From NCBI GenBank assembly GCA_963754945.1, contig CAVWIG010000018.1, positions 132,031 through 196,030 on the forward strand: a stretch of DNA of 64,000 nt. Reading direction: 5' to 3'. The DNA is from Methanotrichaceae archaeon. GTDB lineage: Archaea; Halobacteriota; Methanosarcinia; Methanotrichales; Methanotrichaceae. The first letter of the stretch is position 1, and every line of letters starts with the position of its first letter. The translations under genes and the position numbers were made by a program. Under the pieces are notes generated by a model that made no database searches, was not told the DNA's origin, and worked only from the letters and a program-made list of their open reading frames with translations. Shown piece by piece: positions 31,250 through 41,470 of the stretch.

Positions 31250-34072
31250 TTAGCTGCTGGGTTCCTCTCGTTTAGGATATCCGCAGCCGGGTTGAGCGCA
31301 ATAGAATTGGCCGTTCTTCTGGCAGTATCCCTTCAAGATCTTTCCATCAACGACCAATTTATCGCCACACACAGAACATATCAAGGACCTTTCAGATTTG
31401 GGACAGTTTGTAGGCTTGATCCCTGAGTCATTCTCATGATCATGTGAACATGAATTTGCGGGTAGTGGGGATTTTCCATAATCGCTATCAATAGGACATT
31501 TTGCGGGTAGTGCGGGTAGTTGTTCTACCTCTATACACTTTATCAAATTGGACTGATTTTCACAAAGTGGCCGGCGTAGGGAACTACTACCCGCACTACC
31601 CGCAAATCGATCTACTGATTGTGATTCTTGATTTTCTGCACTACCCGCAACTTTCCAGAGGCTCACCTTGTTGTGGGAATCCTTCTCGCGACAAAGTTTC
31701 CGTCCAGAGGGATAGATCTGATCAACGTGCTTTCCAAGTATCACGCCTAGACTCAGGGATGCCTTGTGATCCTTGCGCACGGCTTCAGCGACATCATCCG
31801 GCATAGCATCCTGAAGAGTCTGGTAGACCTGCTCTTTTGATATCAGCTCGTCTCTCAGCTGTCCTGCGCTAATCAGATGATCGGCATGGATTGTTGCCCA
31901 TTCTCCTAAGAATGCGTCCCATTGTTGAACATCCTGGTCCATGGAGTCGTATAGCTCAGAGGCGTTCTCCAGGAAACCCTTTATGCCAGCAAACTCCAGG
32001 ATTCCGCTTAATAGATCAGACCATTCATTGAACCCACCTATTGCTTTGGCTGATCCGGCTGGTCTTTCCTGCCACGACCCATGCTCGGGCCATTATGAGC
32101 AGATCTGATAGCAGGCTAGCACGGTTCGCTCTGATCCATCCCAAGAGATCATCATGCTTGAATCCGCTCCGGAGCCACGGCCTGGCCATTGATGCATCCA
32201 TTCGAATCCAAAAGGATCGTCTAGCTAGATCGCCGCCTATCGAGATGTTATTTCCCGTGGCGGACCATACAGAGCGTTGAGGTAGATCTACCATTTCTGA
32301 TTTCCCAAGGAAGCGATCCCGCCAAGTCCTGGAAGTCAACGCCCTGGTCAAAGAGGAAGAACGCAGCTTCCCTACAACATTGTCTATAACAATTATTGGG
32401 CTGCCTTCGAGTAAGGTACTGGTTATTGCCTTCCTCCATTCATCCTCTGTATCAGGTGCGCCCATCATGTTGGCAGGTCTGCCCGTAGCGATCATGGCAA
32501 CAACTTCGGCCAAGAAGCTCGCGCCTGTCCCAGCTTGCGGTTTATCAAGTAGAGCCAACGGCACATTCCCATCAATCATGGGTCGAACTACTGGCGACAG
32601 CAGTAGTGCCAATGCATTAGCCCTAGAAGCTTCGTCTTTAAAGGGGAAATCTACCAAGATTTCATCAATAATGTGCTTAACCGCTTTTTTAGCATCATCA
32701 CTCGTGGGATTCGCAGGAACATTTAGGCCTTGAAGCTCTTTGCCTGGTTCATAGAACAGCGCAGTTGCCTCATCGTATCCCGGTACGATCAAAACTGTTC
32801 CATCAGGTCTGATCACAGGGGCTTCAATAACCGCCTCGATAATGAGAAAACCAGGCCATGTTCCCAGACCAAGGATGTCTCGGACCACGTCGAGCGGAGG
32901 GCGAGCTCTTGTGTACTTAGGTTCTCCCTTTTCGTCATTGCCTTCGAATGTCACAAACCCTGCTGCCCGAGCCAACAAGCCACGGAGGGCACTCTCACTT
33001 ACGGGCTCTATAACAAGGCGATCTTTCAGGACAAGCCGGACCAGGCTACCAGAACGGACAAATATTTTTGGTGGGCTGTTGTGCTCTTCCAACGCTTTCA
33101 GTGCATCTGCCGTTATATCCTGAAGATACCTGCCGTTGACCTGGATGTCCTTTGAGATCGAGATCTCAAATCCCATCTCCCTGGCTGCCTCAATAGTCTC
33201 CGCCAGTTTGCCGCTCATCTCAGGCACCCAGGCTTTGCATCCTCACAGTGGATGATGCCCTTAGTGACTGCAATCCATTCCAGTGGTCCACCACCGCTCT
33301 TATGCCTGAAACAATGCCAGCAATTCTTGGCGGTGTTGATTGCGAAGTTCTTCCCGGTGGTGGATCCATGCAGGGGATGAGATCCTCGAACCTCGGATCC
33401 TGCTCTTTCCTTGATATCCATGGGCCAAGCTACTTGATCAATCGGAATATGATCCCCGAGAGATGATCCACCGGAACTTCGCTTTTTCGTAGTCCTCTTC
33501 TGCTTTTCATCGCCGGTGATAACCTTCTTCAGAGGGCTCAAGATCGTCAACAGCTCCTCTTTTGAAATTACTGCGATTGGGATGTCTTTGATCACTTCGT
33601 ACCTGTTGCCGTTAGGATGAGTCGATCCAGGGCCGACGACCTGTTGCCCAATTGCCTGGACCTCCCCAAGATGCAGAGGATCACCCTCGGAGTCCTTCAA
33701 CTCCGGATCTTCCAGGATGATCTTATCCTTCAGGTCGTTGCAGATCAGATAGTAGTGAAGACCGCCTCGGCCCGTCTTAACTGTGAAGGTTGATGGAAGC
33801 TGGTCGATGATGCCCAACGCCTGCAACCTTGCGACATCGTCAACATCGAGAACCACGAGATCACCGATTCCGGTGAGCACTCCGTAATTATGGCCCTCTG
33901 CCAGATAGCCTGCCATAACTGCATGGCCGTAAGCATAATTTTTTCCGTTAGGACCGTTCCAGTCCTTGCCTATCGGGCTCTTATGGCCGTTTAGGATAAC
34001 CGCAAACCTGAAGGATGGCTCCTGGAGCCGAGCAGGTATCCTCTGCAGGGCTCTCTCAAAAGCTGAATCCAT
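31250..34072 (-). pseudogene. Prim-Pol + Zn-binding + P-loop helicase-like replication protein with two frameshifts (near 33220 and 32065)
   Basis: NYGVLTG..LVVLDVD, TGRGGLHYY, VVGPGSTHPNG; HPLHGS...WHCFRH; KPQAGTGAS, IVIDNV, ATGNN, DLARR; shifting frame gives GGFNEWSDLLSGILEFAG leading into ORF 31250-31942. Confidence 0.8.
31457..31649. repeat. six 10-bp iteron-like repeats, three facing three (candidate origin)
   Basis: TGCGGGTAGT at 31457, 31502, 31511; ACTACCCGCA at 31586, 31595, 31640. Confidence 0.8.
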
Positions 34073-34084
34073 ACCACAAACCTC

Positions 34085-34348
34085 CTAGGCGAAGGTCTTG
34101 ATTGGGTTTATTGCCTTTGGCTCAATAGGAACCGACTCAGCGATAACACTTATTCGGAAATCCTGATCGGTCCTAAGTATCCCAATTGTTTGCCCTAGCA
34201 GTTCTCTAAGCCTTGCCTCAAGCTCTTCAGGTAAAAGAACATCAATTTGGCCGATTCTTGCCAAGAGGCTTCCTTCAAATTCTTGGAGGTTATGGAGTGG
34301 GCCTATTACTTCTCCCCAAGGTCGCATGTAGCGATGTCGACCTTCCAT
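34085..34348 (-). CDS. small conserved element protein, paralogue of 52417-52647
   Basis: Shared pattern W..[VE]IG.LH.LQ...G.L.A.IG...V.LP.EL...L..L.G..I...R.D.D.R. Confidence 0.8.
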   Translation of the reverse strand: MEGRHRYMRPWGEVIGPLHNLQEFEGSLLARIGQIDVLLPEELEARLRELLGQTIGILRTDQDFRISVIAESVPIEPKAINPIKTFA

Positions 34349-34504
34349 TCAGAGCGCTCCATTGGAATAACAAAGCCTATTGGTAAACCTTTTAATCTCA
34401 AAAGTCGTAATCACATTGGACACCTCGATGCATTGCGCGTGCGTAGTTGTGTTCGCTCGCCCCTGATGTGCTGGAACACGTCGGGGCGCACTAATTCTCC
34501 TATT

Positions 34505-34681
34505 TCAGCAATTTTCTCCATGCTTCATGCCTCTGATTCCTGCATCTAAGACATGCCTCGCTGCCTCGCACAAAGAGATTTTTTGCTTCTCCGCATATTG
34601 CTCAACAAATTGTCTTTGTCCTTGCGATGTTCTAAAACAAAGCCCATCTGTCAGCCGCTCTTGACCAAGCCTTCCTCTCAT
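34505..34681 (-). CDS. small RHH-like DNA-binding protein (58 aa, not in ORF track)
   Basis: MRGRLGQERLTDGLCFRTSQGQRQFVEQYAEKQKISLCEAARHVLDAGIRG; first gene after the AT-rich divergent promoter. Confidence 0.6.
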   Translation of the reverse strand: MRGRLGQERLTDGLCFRTSQGQRQFVEQYAEKQKISLCEAARHVLDAGIRGMKHGENC

Positions 34682-34797
34682 AATTAATGCTTAAGTAATT
34701 ACATATTTAAAGTATTCTATTTACTATACTAATTTAATCAAGTATTTTGGATTTTTGAGAGAAATCCTTTAGTACTTTAATACAGACATTCTCTAAT

Positions 34798-35970
34798 ATG
34801 CCCAAATCAAAAGATCTTCATAGCCTCTTAACCGCGACAGAACGCGAACGCCTAGTTAATCGAACGGTTGACCCCAATCGATCGGATGAAGAAAAAGAGA
34901 AGCATCAAAATAGCATATATCATAACGATATGGTTGTTAGAACTAAAATAAAATCATGGTTAATTAAAGCTGAGGATATCTTATTTGCACTTGAAAGCCT
35001 GCCAAAGAGGACGTTTAAAAAGGAGCTTGACGATGATGATGTTTATGGGCTCTTTTGGGTAGGTATAGAGCTTCTTCGAATATTGGATTTTGCTCCAATT
35101 GAAAACCTGAGCGGCATTCCTGTTGTAAGTAAGTCTGTTTTAGCAACAGATAACGGTCAAAAAGATGCATGGACACGCCACGCCACAGAGAAGGATTTTG
35201 AAAGAAATTATTCTTTGTACCTAATCAAGAACAAGTTAGAGGAGATGGTTTCGACTGCTGACATTTTCAAACAATATAGATTCGAAAAAATGGGAAATGC
35301 TTTTTTTGATAGCTATGATCAGAAAAAGCGGCATTTCGAAGAAATGATCTCCAAATCTAATAAAAAGATAGCTGAGGATCCATCCAATGCTGAAGCCTGG
35401 TACGAAAAAGGTGTTGCCTTAAACGCTCTCGAAAGATGGGAAGAGGCATTAGAATGCCTTGATAAAGCAACGCATTTGCCATCGACATATTGGACATTTT
35501 CGAGAGCAATCAATGCTAAGAAAAATATGCTGTATTTTTCAGGTAGGCGTGCCGAAGCAGAAGCAGAAGAATTTATGGAACTGTTTGCCCTAGTTGAGAG
35601 CGATCCTTCGAACGCATATGATCGGGCCTTATTAGGGGAACTTCTTTGCGAAAAACGCAGGTATGGAGAGGCCATTGAGTGGCATAATGAAGCCATAAAG
35701 CTGGATCCTTCGAATGCTGGATTCTGGACCGGTAAAGGCAAAACACTTTATAAAATGGGAAAGTTCAAGAAAGCCATACAGTGCTTTGATAAGGCGATTG
35801 AATTAGGACCATCCTTTCCTCAGCCCTATGAGAACAGGGGTAAGGTACTCAAGGCCCTTGGTAGAAATGATGAAGCCGAAATATGCTTCTCAAAAGCCAA
35901 AGAATTGGAAGGTAAACTCAACGAAGCAATGGAAGCCAAAAAGTCAACACAGCCGCCTAAAAACGAATAG
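34798..35970 (+). CDS. TPR-repeat protein with uncharacterised N-terminal domain
   Basis: Repeated DPSNA.AW..KG..L...EEA..C.DKA TPR motifs in the C-terminal half. Confidence 0.85.
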   Translation: MPKSKDLHSLLTATERERLVNRTVDPNRSDEEKEKHQNSIYHNDMVVRTKIKSWLIKAEDILFALESLPKRTFKKELDDDDVYGLFWVGIELLRILDFAPIENLSGIPVVSKSVLATDNGQKDAWTRHATEKDFERNYSLYLIKNKLEEMVSTADIFKQYRFEKMGNAFFDSYDQKKRHFEEMISKSNKKIAEDPSNAEAWYEKGVALNALERWEEALECLDKATHLPSTYWTFSRAINAKKNMLYFSGRRAEAEAEEFMELFALVESDPSNAYDRALLGELLCEKRRYGEAIEWHNEAIKLDPSNAGFWTGKGKTLYKMGKFKKAIQCFDKAIELGPSFPQPYENRGKVLKALGRNDEAEICFSKAKELEGKLNEAMEAKKSTQPPKNE

Positions 35971-36238
35971 ACTGCACTCTCTTTTCTACATTGGTTTTAT
36001 GTTATTTTTACAGGATTACCCCAGAATGTCATTGAAAGTTTTGAGCTTAAAAGAAGCTCATCGCCATGTCTCCAATTTCGACAGCATTCGACCTCTCACT
36101 CATTCTTGCCCTTCGCATGATCTTCGTTAGATCTCCAGTGGCCAGGACCTCGATATCTCAGGGCCTCCTCCACTTGTACTCATCGGTCGACAGTTAGCTT
36201 CTTAACCTCATGAAAGGATTTAGCCCGAAGGTGGTTCA

Positions 36239-36775
36239 TTGAAACGCCTAATGATCTTCATCGATAATTCTAACATCTTTCGTGGATCGCGTAGGGAAGG
36301 CATCAGATTTGATTATCAGAAGCTAGTAGACTTCTTGGCGGATTCGAGTATCCAGAGGCTAGAAAAATACGATTTAACGCGAGTCATTATGTATTGTGCT
36401 GTTGATAGATCCCAGCCGGAGGACAGAATCCGAGCGCAGGAAGCGCTATATTCCAACTTTAACAGCTTTATCAAGTTTGATGTTAAAACCTTTGACCTAA
36501 AAGTGATCCGGGACGTAACCGGTGCCATCACGGATAGATATGAAAAGGGAGTCGATGTGGCCTTGGTTACCGATCTACTCTTGTTAGCATCAAGAGATGC
36601 ATTCGATGTAGCCATTATTTGCGCTGGAGATGCTGATTTCTTCCGAGCTGTCGAAGGCGTAAAAGAAATGGGGAAAGAGATTTACATCGCGAGCTTTGAT
36701 GATAGCTGCGCAACAAAGCTGAAGGATGCCTCATTAGGTTATATTTCTTTAACAATGAACTCTCATAGAATTTAG
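36239..36775 (+). CDS. NYN-domain (LabA/DUF88) PIN-fold nuclease
   Basis: IFIDNSN, EKGVDVALVTD, AGDADF; TTG start. Confidence 0.88.
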   Translation: MKRLMIFIDNSNIFRGSRREGIRFDYQKLVDFLADSSIQRLEKYDLTRVIMYCAVDRSQPEDRIRAQEALYSNFNSFIKFDVKTFDLKVIRDVTGAITDRYEKGVDVALVTDLLLLASRDAFDVAIICAGDADFFRAVEGVKEMGKEIYIASFDDSCATKLKDASLGYISLTMNSHRI

Positions 36776-36899
36776 TATTTTTTAGCGGAGAGCGAGCATC
36801 ACATGGATGCCAGAGACCTTTTGGTTCACTCCCCGCGAGTTATTTCCAAGACAACACCATGCATGTATGATATAAAACTTTTGCGCTACTACTACTTAT

Positions 36900-37502
36900 T
36901 TAAACCCCTAACTGCGGTATATGCGCCAGATAGCTCTCCCTCAGCTCTTTCTTGTCGATGTGGTTGTAGATGTCGATGGCCTCGTGCCTGACATCGCCTC
37001 GTAGCTCTTTTACGAAGTCCCTGGGCATTCCTGCCCTGATAAGGTGAGTAGTGAACCAGTGACGGCAGCAGTGAGGACTAAAGCGGTCTTCAAGACGTTT
37101 GGATCGCGGATTGTGCAGACCTATTCTAATAGCGTGCTTTTCGACAATGCGGCAAACTTCAATTGAGCTTATCCGTGACCCTAAGCGACTCAAGAATAGT
37201 GCAGCATCACCGGTTGGATATTTTTTCCCCCTGAACCGCAACCACGCCTGCAGGGCCTCCTCGGTCTCATTATCGAAGAACAGCAACCGGTTCGATCTTT
37301 TAGCTGTAGGCTTTAATTTTACTGTCATATTCTCATGGTCTATGTCATCTACATCTAATTGACAGAACTCGCCTCGGCGAATTCCCGTTTTGAACAAAAG
37401 GACAAGGATCGCCTTATCTCGACTGTTCAGGGTCGAATTCACGAGGAGAGATGCCTGTTCCACGCCTATGATCTGCCTAACCTCAGAGCCTTTATTATCT
37501 TT
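36900..37502 (-). pseudogene. tyrosine recombinase (XerA-like), 5'-truncated by IS5
   Basis: KTGIRRGE, AKR, SPHCCRHWFTT, ELRGD, IDIY; frame open up to the IS5 end at 37503. Confidence 0.88.
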
Positions 37503-38033
37503 GAGAGTTTCGAAAAACTAATCAATCGAAATACTTATATACTATTAATACTATAATATAATGCATGAGGACTCTCATTGATTTTGCCATTCGAGCAGAA
37601 TATGCTCGAGTAAAAGCCCTCGGAGATGATCTATCCGAGATCGGATCGTTGATCAATTGGGAGCGTTTCAGATTTTTGGAACCATTGATATACAAAAATA
37701 AAACTAGCCGCGGAGGTCGTCCGAACATTGACATCGTGATTATGGTGAAAGCTCTCGTAATTCAGCATTGGTTTGGTCTAACAGATCCAGAACTGGAGCG
37801 ACAGGTTGCGGATAGGATCTCTTTTCGTATTTTCCTTGGCACCACTGAAGTAATTCCTGATTTCAGCACAGTTTGGCTATTCCGTGAACGTTTGATTAAG
37901 TGCGACGTATACGATGATCTTTGGAATGAGCTTCAAAGGCAGCTCGATGATGTCACTGGCGGTCTAAAAATGCTCAATAGTGGCGGGATAAAAATGTCCA
38001 CCTGCCAATCCCTGACATCTAATCTCAGGGGTT

Positions 38034-39284
38034 GTGTGGATGCTGGACTTAGAGGAATTCCTCATGTTGCGAGATTTATTCAACAGAGAATTGAGCATCA
38101 GCGAGATCGCCAGAAGAACAGGACACAGCCGTGGAACGGTAAGGAAATATCTTCGCTCTCAAGTTCCCCCTACACCCCAGGAAAGATCAAGGAAGCCCAG
38201 CAAATTGGATGGCTATAGAGAATATATCATCCAGAGGCTTCAAGAGTATCCACTCTCTGCCAAGCGTATTTATCGTGAGATTCAAGAAAAAGGTTTTACC
38301 GGCAAATATACCATCGTGAAGGATTTTGTAAGAGAGGTACGACCAAATGTTTCAGTCTCTGCCGTGTATAGATACGAGACAAAACCGGGAATCCAATCGC
38401 AGGTCGATTGGGCGGAATGCGGTCGAATTGATATCGACAACGAATTGAGGAAACTCTACTGCTTTACTATGGTCCTCGGCTATTCTCGGATGAGGTACGT
38501 CGAGTTCACGCTGCATACCGATGTCCACACTCTGATTCAATGTCACTTGAATGCATTTCGTTATTTCGGAGGCTACACCGAAGAAATCCTCTATGACAAC
38601 ATGAAGCAGATCGTACTCAAGAGAGCGCCTGTGTCATCGGATTCCGTCTGGAACACAGATTTTGAGGATTTTTTTGATCATTACGGTTTTATTCCCAGAC
38701 TCTGCCGTCCCTATCGTCCGCAAACAAAAGGCAAAATCGAGAATAGCGTAGGTTTTGTAAAGAGAGATTTTCTCCTGGGATGCGAGTTTTGTTCGTTCTC
38801 TGATCTCAATCTCCAATCTCAGAAATGGTTAGCAAGAGTAAATTCGACCATCCACGGCACTACCAATGAAATACCTCTTGAACGACTTAAGAATGAGGGG
38901 CTCAGAGATTATGATACCGTTCCGCCGTATCATAATGTTCGGAAAGAGAACCGGAAAATATCGAGAGATTCGTATGTCTCTTATCTGGGTAATCGCTATT
39001 CAGTCCCTTATCGATTTGCGGGAAGGAATTGCTTGTTGCAGATCTCAGATAAGGCATTCAACGTTTTCGTCGGCAAAGAAGTGATCTGTACCCATGAAAT
39101 TCAGCCAGGTCGAAATAAGATTTCCCGAAACAAGGAGCACTTTCAAGGGCTGCTATCTGAAATTTTAAAGCAGAACTCCAATCCGCAAGCAAAGTGCTCG
39201 ACTATTTTCAAGTTCATCGAGCCAGAGGTAGAACAAAGAGCACTATCGATCTACGATTCCTTCAGTGAGGGGATGAGAAAATGA
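38034..39284 (+). CDS. istA: IS21 transposase IstA
   Basis: HTH; RYETKPG..QVDW, ILYDNMK, RPQTKGKIE. Confidence 0.93.
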   Translation: MWMLDLEEFLMLRDLFNRELSISEIARRTGHSRGTVRKYLRSQVPPTPQERSRKPSKLDGYREYIIQRLQEYPLSAKRIYREIQEKGFTGKYTIVKDFVREVRPNVSVSAVYRYETKPGIQSQVDWAECGRIDIDNELRKLYCFTMVLGYSRMRYVEFTLHTDVHTLIQCHLNAFRYFGGYTEEILYDNMKQIVLKRAPVSSDSVWNTDFEDFFDHYGFIPRLCRPYRPQTKGKIENSVGFVKRDFLLGCEFCSFSDLNLQSQKWLARVNSTIHGTTNEIPLERLKNEGLRDYDTVPPYHNVRKENRKISRDSYVSYLGNRYSVPYRFAGRNCLLQISDKAFNVFVGKEVICTHEIQPGRNKISRNKEHFQGLLSEILKQNSNPQAKCSTIFKFIEPEVEQRALSIYDSFSEGMRK

Positions 39285-40054
39285 GTCAGCTGGAATACGA
39301 GCGTCTTCACCATAATCTGTTGCTTCTGGATCTCATTACATTCGAGTCAATTCTGGACAATTATCTGGAAATTGCTGCCAAAGACGAAAGATCCACCATC
39401 GAGATCCTGGATTATCTGATCGCACAGGAGGTTCAAAGCAAAGAGACTCGGTCCCTCGATCTAAGGATGAGGCTGGCAGGATTTCCCGTGGAAAAGAGGC
39501 TTGATGATTTCGATTTCAAGTTTCAACCTTCTATCGATAAGGCATCGATCAAAGAGATAGCCTCTCTAAAGTTTATCCATAACGCTGAGAATGTTGTATT
39601 CTTGGGGCCGCCAGGAGTGGGAAAAACCCATCTTGCTATCGCTTTGGGAATCGAGGCTGCCAAAGCTGGATTCAGAGTGAATTTTATTAATGCATCTATC
39701 CTGGTTGAACGTCTTGCAAAAGCGGAAAAAGAAAAGAAATTAGAGGAAAAGATCCGAGGGCTATCGAAGTTTCAGCTTCTGATCATAGATGAGATCGGTT
39801 ATCTGCCGTTTGACGAGCTGGAAGCGCACTGTTTCTTCCAGCTGATCTCCAGGCGATACGAGAAAGCTTCTATCATTTTCACTTCCAATAAATCCTATGG
39901 CGAATGGGGAGATATCTTCAAGGATCACGTTATCGCGGCGGCTATTCTCGATAGGGTTCTGCATCATTGCACCACGATTAACATAAAAGGAGACAGCTAT
40001 CGCATCAAAGAACGAAAGAGACAGGGATTGATCCCTCAGAATTTCTCAAGATGA
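39281..40054 (+). CDS. istB: IS21 helper ATPase IstB
   Basis: GPPGVGKTHLA, LLIIDEIGY, FTSNK, AILDRVLHH. Confidence 0.95.
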   Translation: MSQLEYERLHHNLLLLDLITFESILDNYLEIAAKDERSTIEILDYLIAQEVQSKETRSLDLRMRLAGFPVEKRLDDFDFKFQPSIDKASIKEIASLKFIHNAENVVFLGPPGVGKTHLAIALGIEAAKAGFRVNFINASILVERLAKAEKEKKLEEKIRGLSKFQLLIIDEIGYLPFDELEAHCFFQLISRRYEKASIIFTSNKSYGEWGDIFKDHVIAAAILDRVLHHCTTINIKGDSYRIKERKRQGLIPQNFSR

Positions 40055-40989
40055 ACTGGGGAAAAATGTCCATACATGGAGAAGGTTTTTAAGATAGGTG
40101 GTCAATTTTATCCCGCCATAATTGGACAATTTTACGCCGCCATTGACAATGAGATGGGGTTTACTGTAAAGAATGGCACTATCCAGGATGCAACCTTCAT
40201 AACTTCGGACCCAGGTCGGAAGAGGAACAAGAAAGACGAGCAAGGCGGGGACAAAAAGGAAGGTCAAGATTCCGAAGCCACCAGTACGAGCCTGAATCAG
40301 GAGTTTGATAAAGAGCTAATTGGTATTTCAAATAATATTATTGATGACAAGGCCAAACCACAGAGACTCGAAGAAGAGCCAATAAATGAGGGAAGTTGGG
40401 CAAAAAAGGGTGTCAAATCCTTTTTCGGATATAAAGGTCATATCTCAATCGATACCAATTACCACCTTATCAGATATTTTGAGACTACAACTGCTTCTGT
40501 ACACGATAGTCAGGTAGATCTTGGAATTGAAGGGCTACCACGTTACGCCGATAAGGGATATGATGGTGCAAAAACTCGAGGATATGATGCAGCCATGAAA
40601 AAAGCTACAAGAGGTCACAAGCTTGGAATCATAGATCTTCTGAGGAATAAGAGAATCAGTAAAACGCGATCGCACATCGAAAGATGCTTCGCTGTTATGA
40701 AGCGGGGGCATAAGGGAGCACATGTTTATGTAACAACTGTCGCAAGAGCTGGAGTAAAATTCATGATGAATTCGGTCGTTTACAACCTGGAACAGTTGAA
40801 ATATTTAGTGCATAAACAAACAGCCTAGCGGAAGCTCTCTAAAAAAGCGCAAAAATTAGAAACAACAAGGTAAATTGAAATCTAATAAGCCAATTTAGGG
40901 GTGAAATATGCTAAAAAACCACTATAAAGATTGAAAATATTAACGCAAGAATTTAAGGCTTCATTAACCAACACTAAATCGAAACCCTC

Positions 40990-41470
40990 ATACGTCTACC
41001 ACCCATCTAGGGCACATAAGGAGAGATGGGAAAAGCTGGCAACCAAGGCCCATACCTCCCTTTCTAAGTTCATTATCGGCACAGTGGACAGTGTGATCGA
41101 TGAGGAAGAAGAGTTCAAGCCACGACGAGAAGCCGTGCGTGAGATAGAGGTCTTGAAGGCAGAAAACAAATCTCTCCGTGATGATCTCAAACAAAAGGGG
41201 ATTGTTCTGGAACGCTATGAAGCCGAGCTAAAGCGTTACCGCTCTCAGTCCTTCCTTGAAGAGGATTACCAGGGCATGAGGCGCTATTCTAAGGAGCTCG
41301 TGGAGATCTTGAAGGGACGCGGCCAGATGGATAGCTACCGAATTCTAGAGGCCCTGGGGATCGATCCTCGAGAATCGGATCTTGTTAAGGCGGTCTCTAC
41401 GCAGCTAGAAGAACTTGAAGGCTACGGCATGATCAAAACAGACGGGAGGTCCTGGAAGTGGATAGGCTAA
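40990..41470 (+). pseudogene. integrase-associated RHH/coiled-coil/wHTH protein, 5'-truncated by IS5
   Basis: YVYHPSRAHKERWEKLA...SLSKFII (RHH-like), coiled coil, C-terminal LEELEGYGMI...WKW; overlaps the integrase start. Confidence 0.65.

Larger units (their letters stand above)
37951..40148 (+). mobile_element. IS21-family element
   Basis: TGTCA...TGACA ends with repeated subterminal motifs; TSD ATGA; istA-istB. Confidence 0.93.
37503..40989 (+). mobile_element. IS5 copy interrupted by IS21; flanks lack a matching TSD
   Basis: Ends GAGAGTTTCGA / TCGAAACCCTC; flanks CTTT versus ATAC. Confidence 0.9.

Noticed and set aside
40931-40989. Start of the 179-aa ORF (MKILTQEFKASL...)
   Set aside because: These codons are IS5 right-end sequence fused to a truncated host gene.
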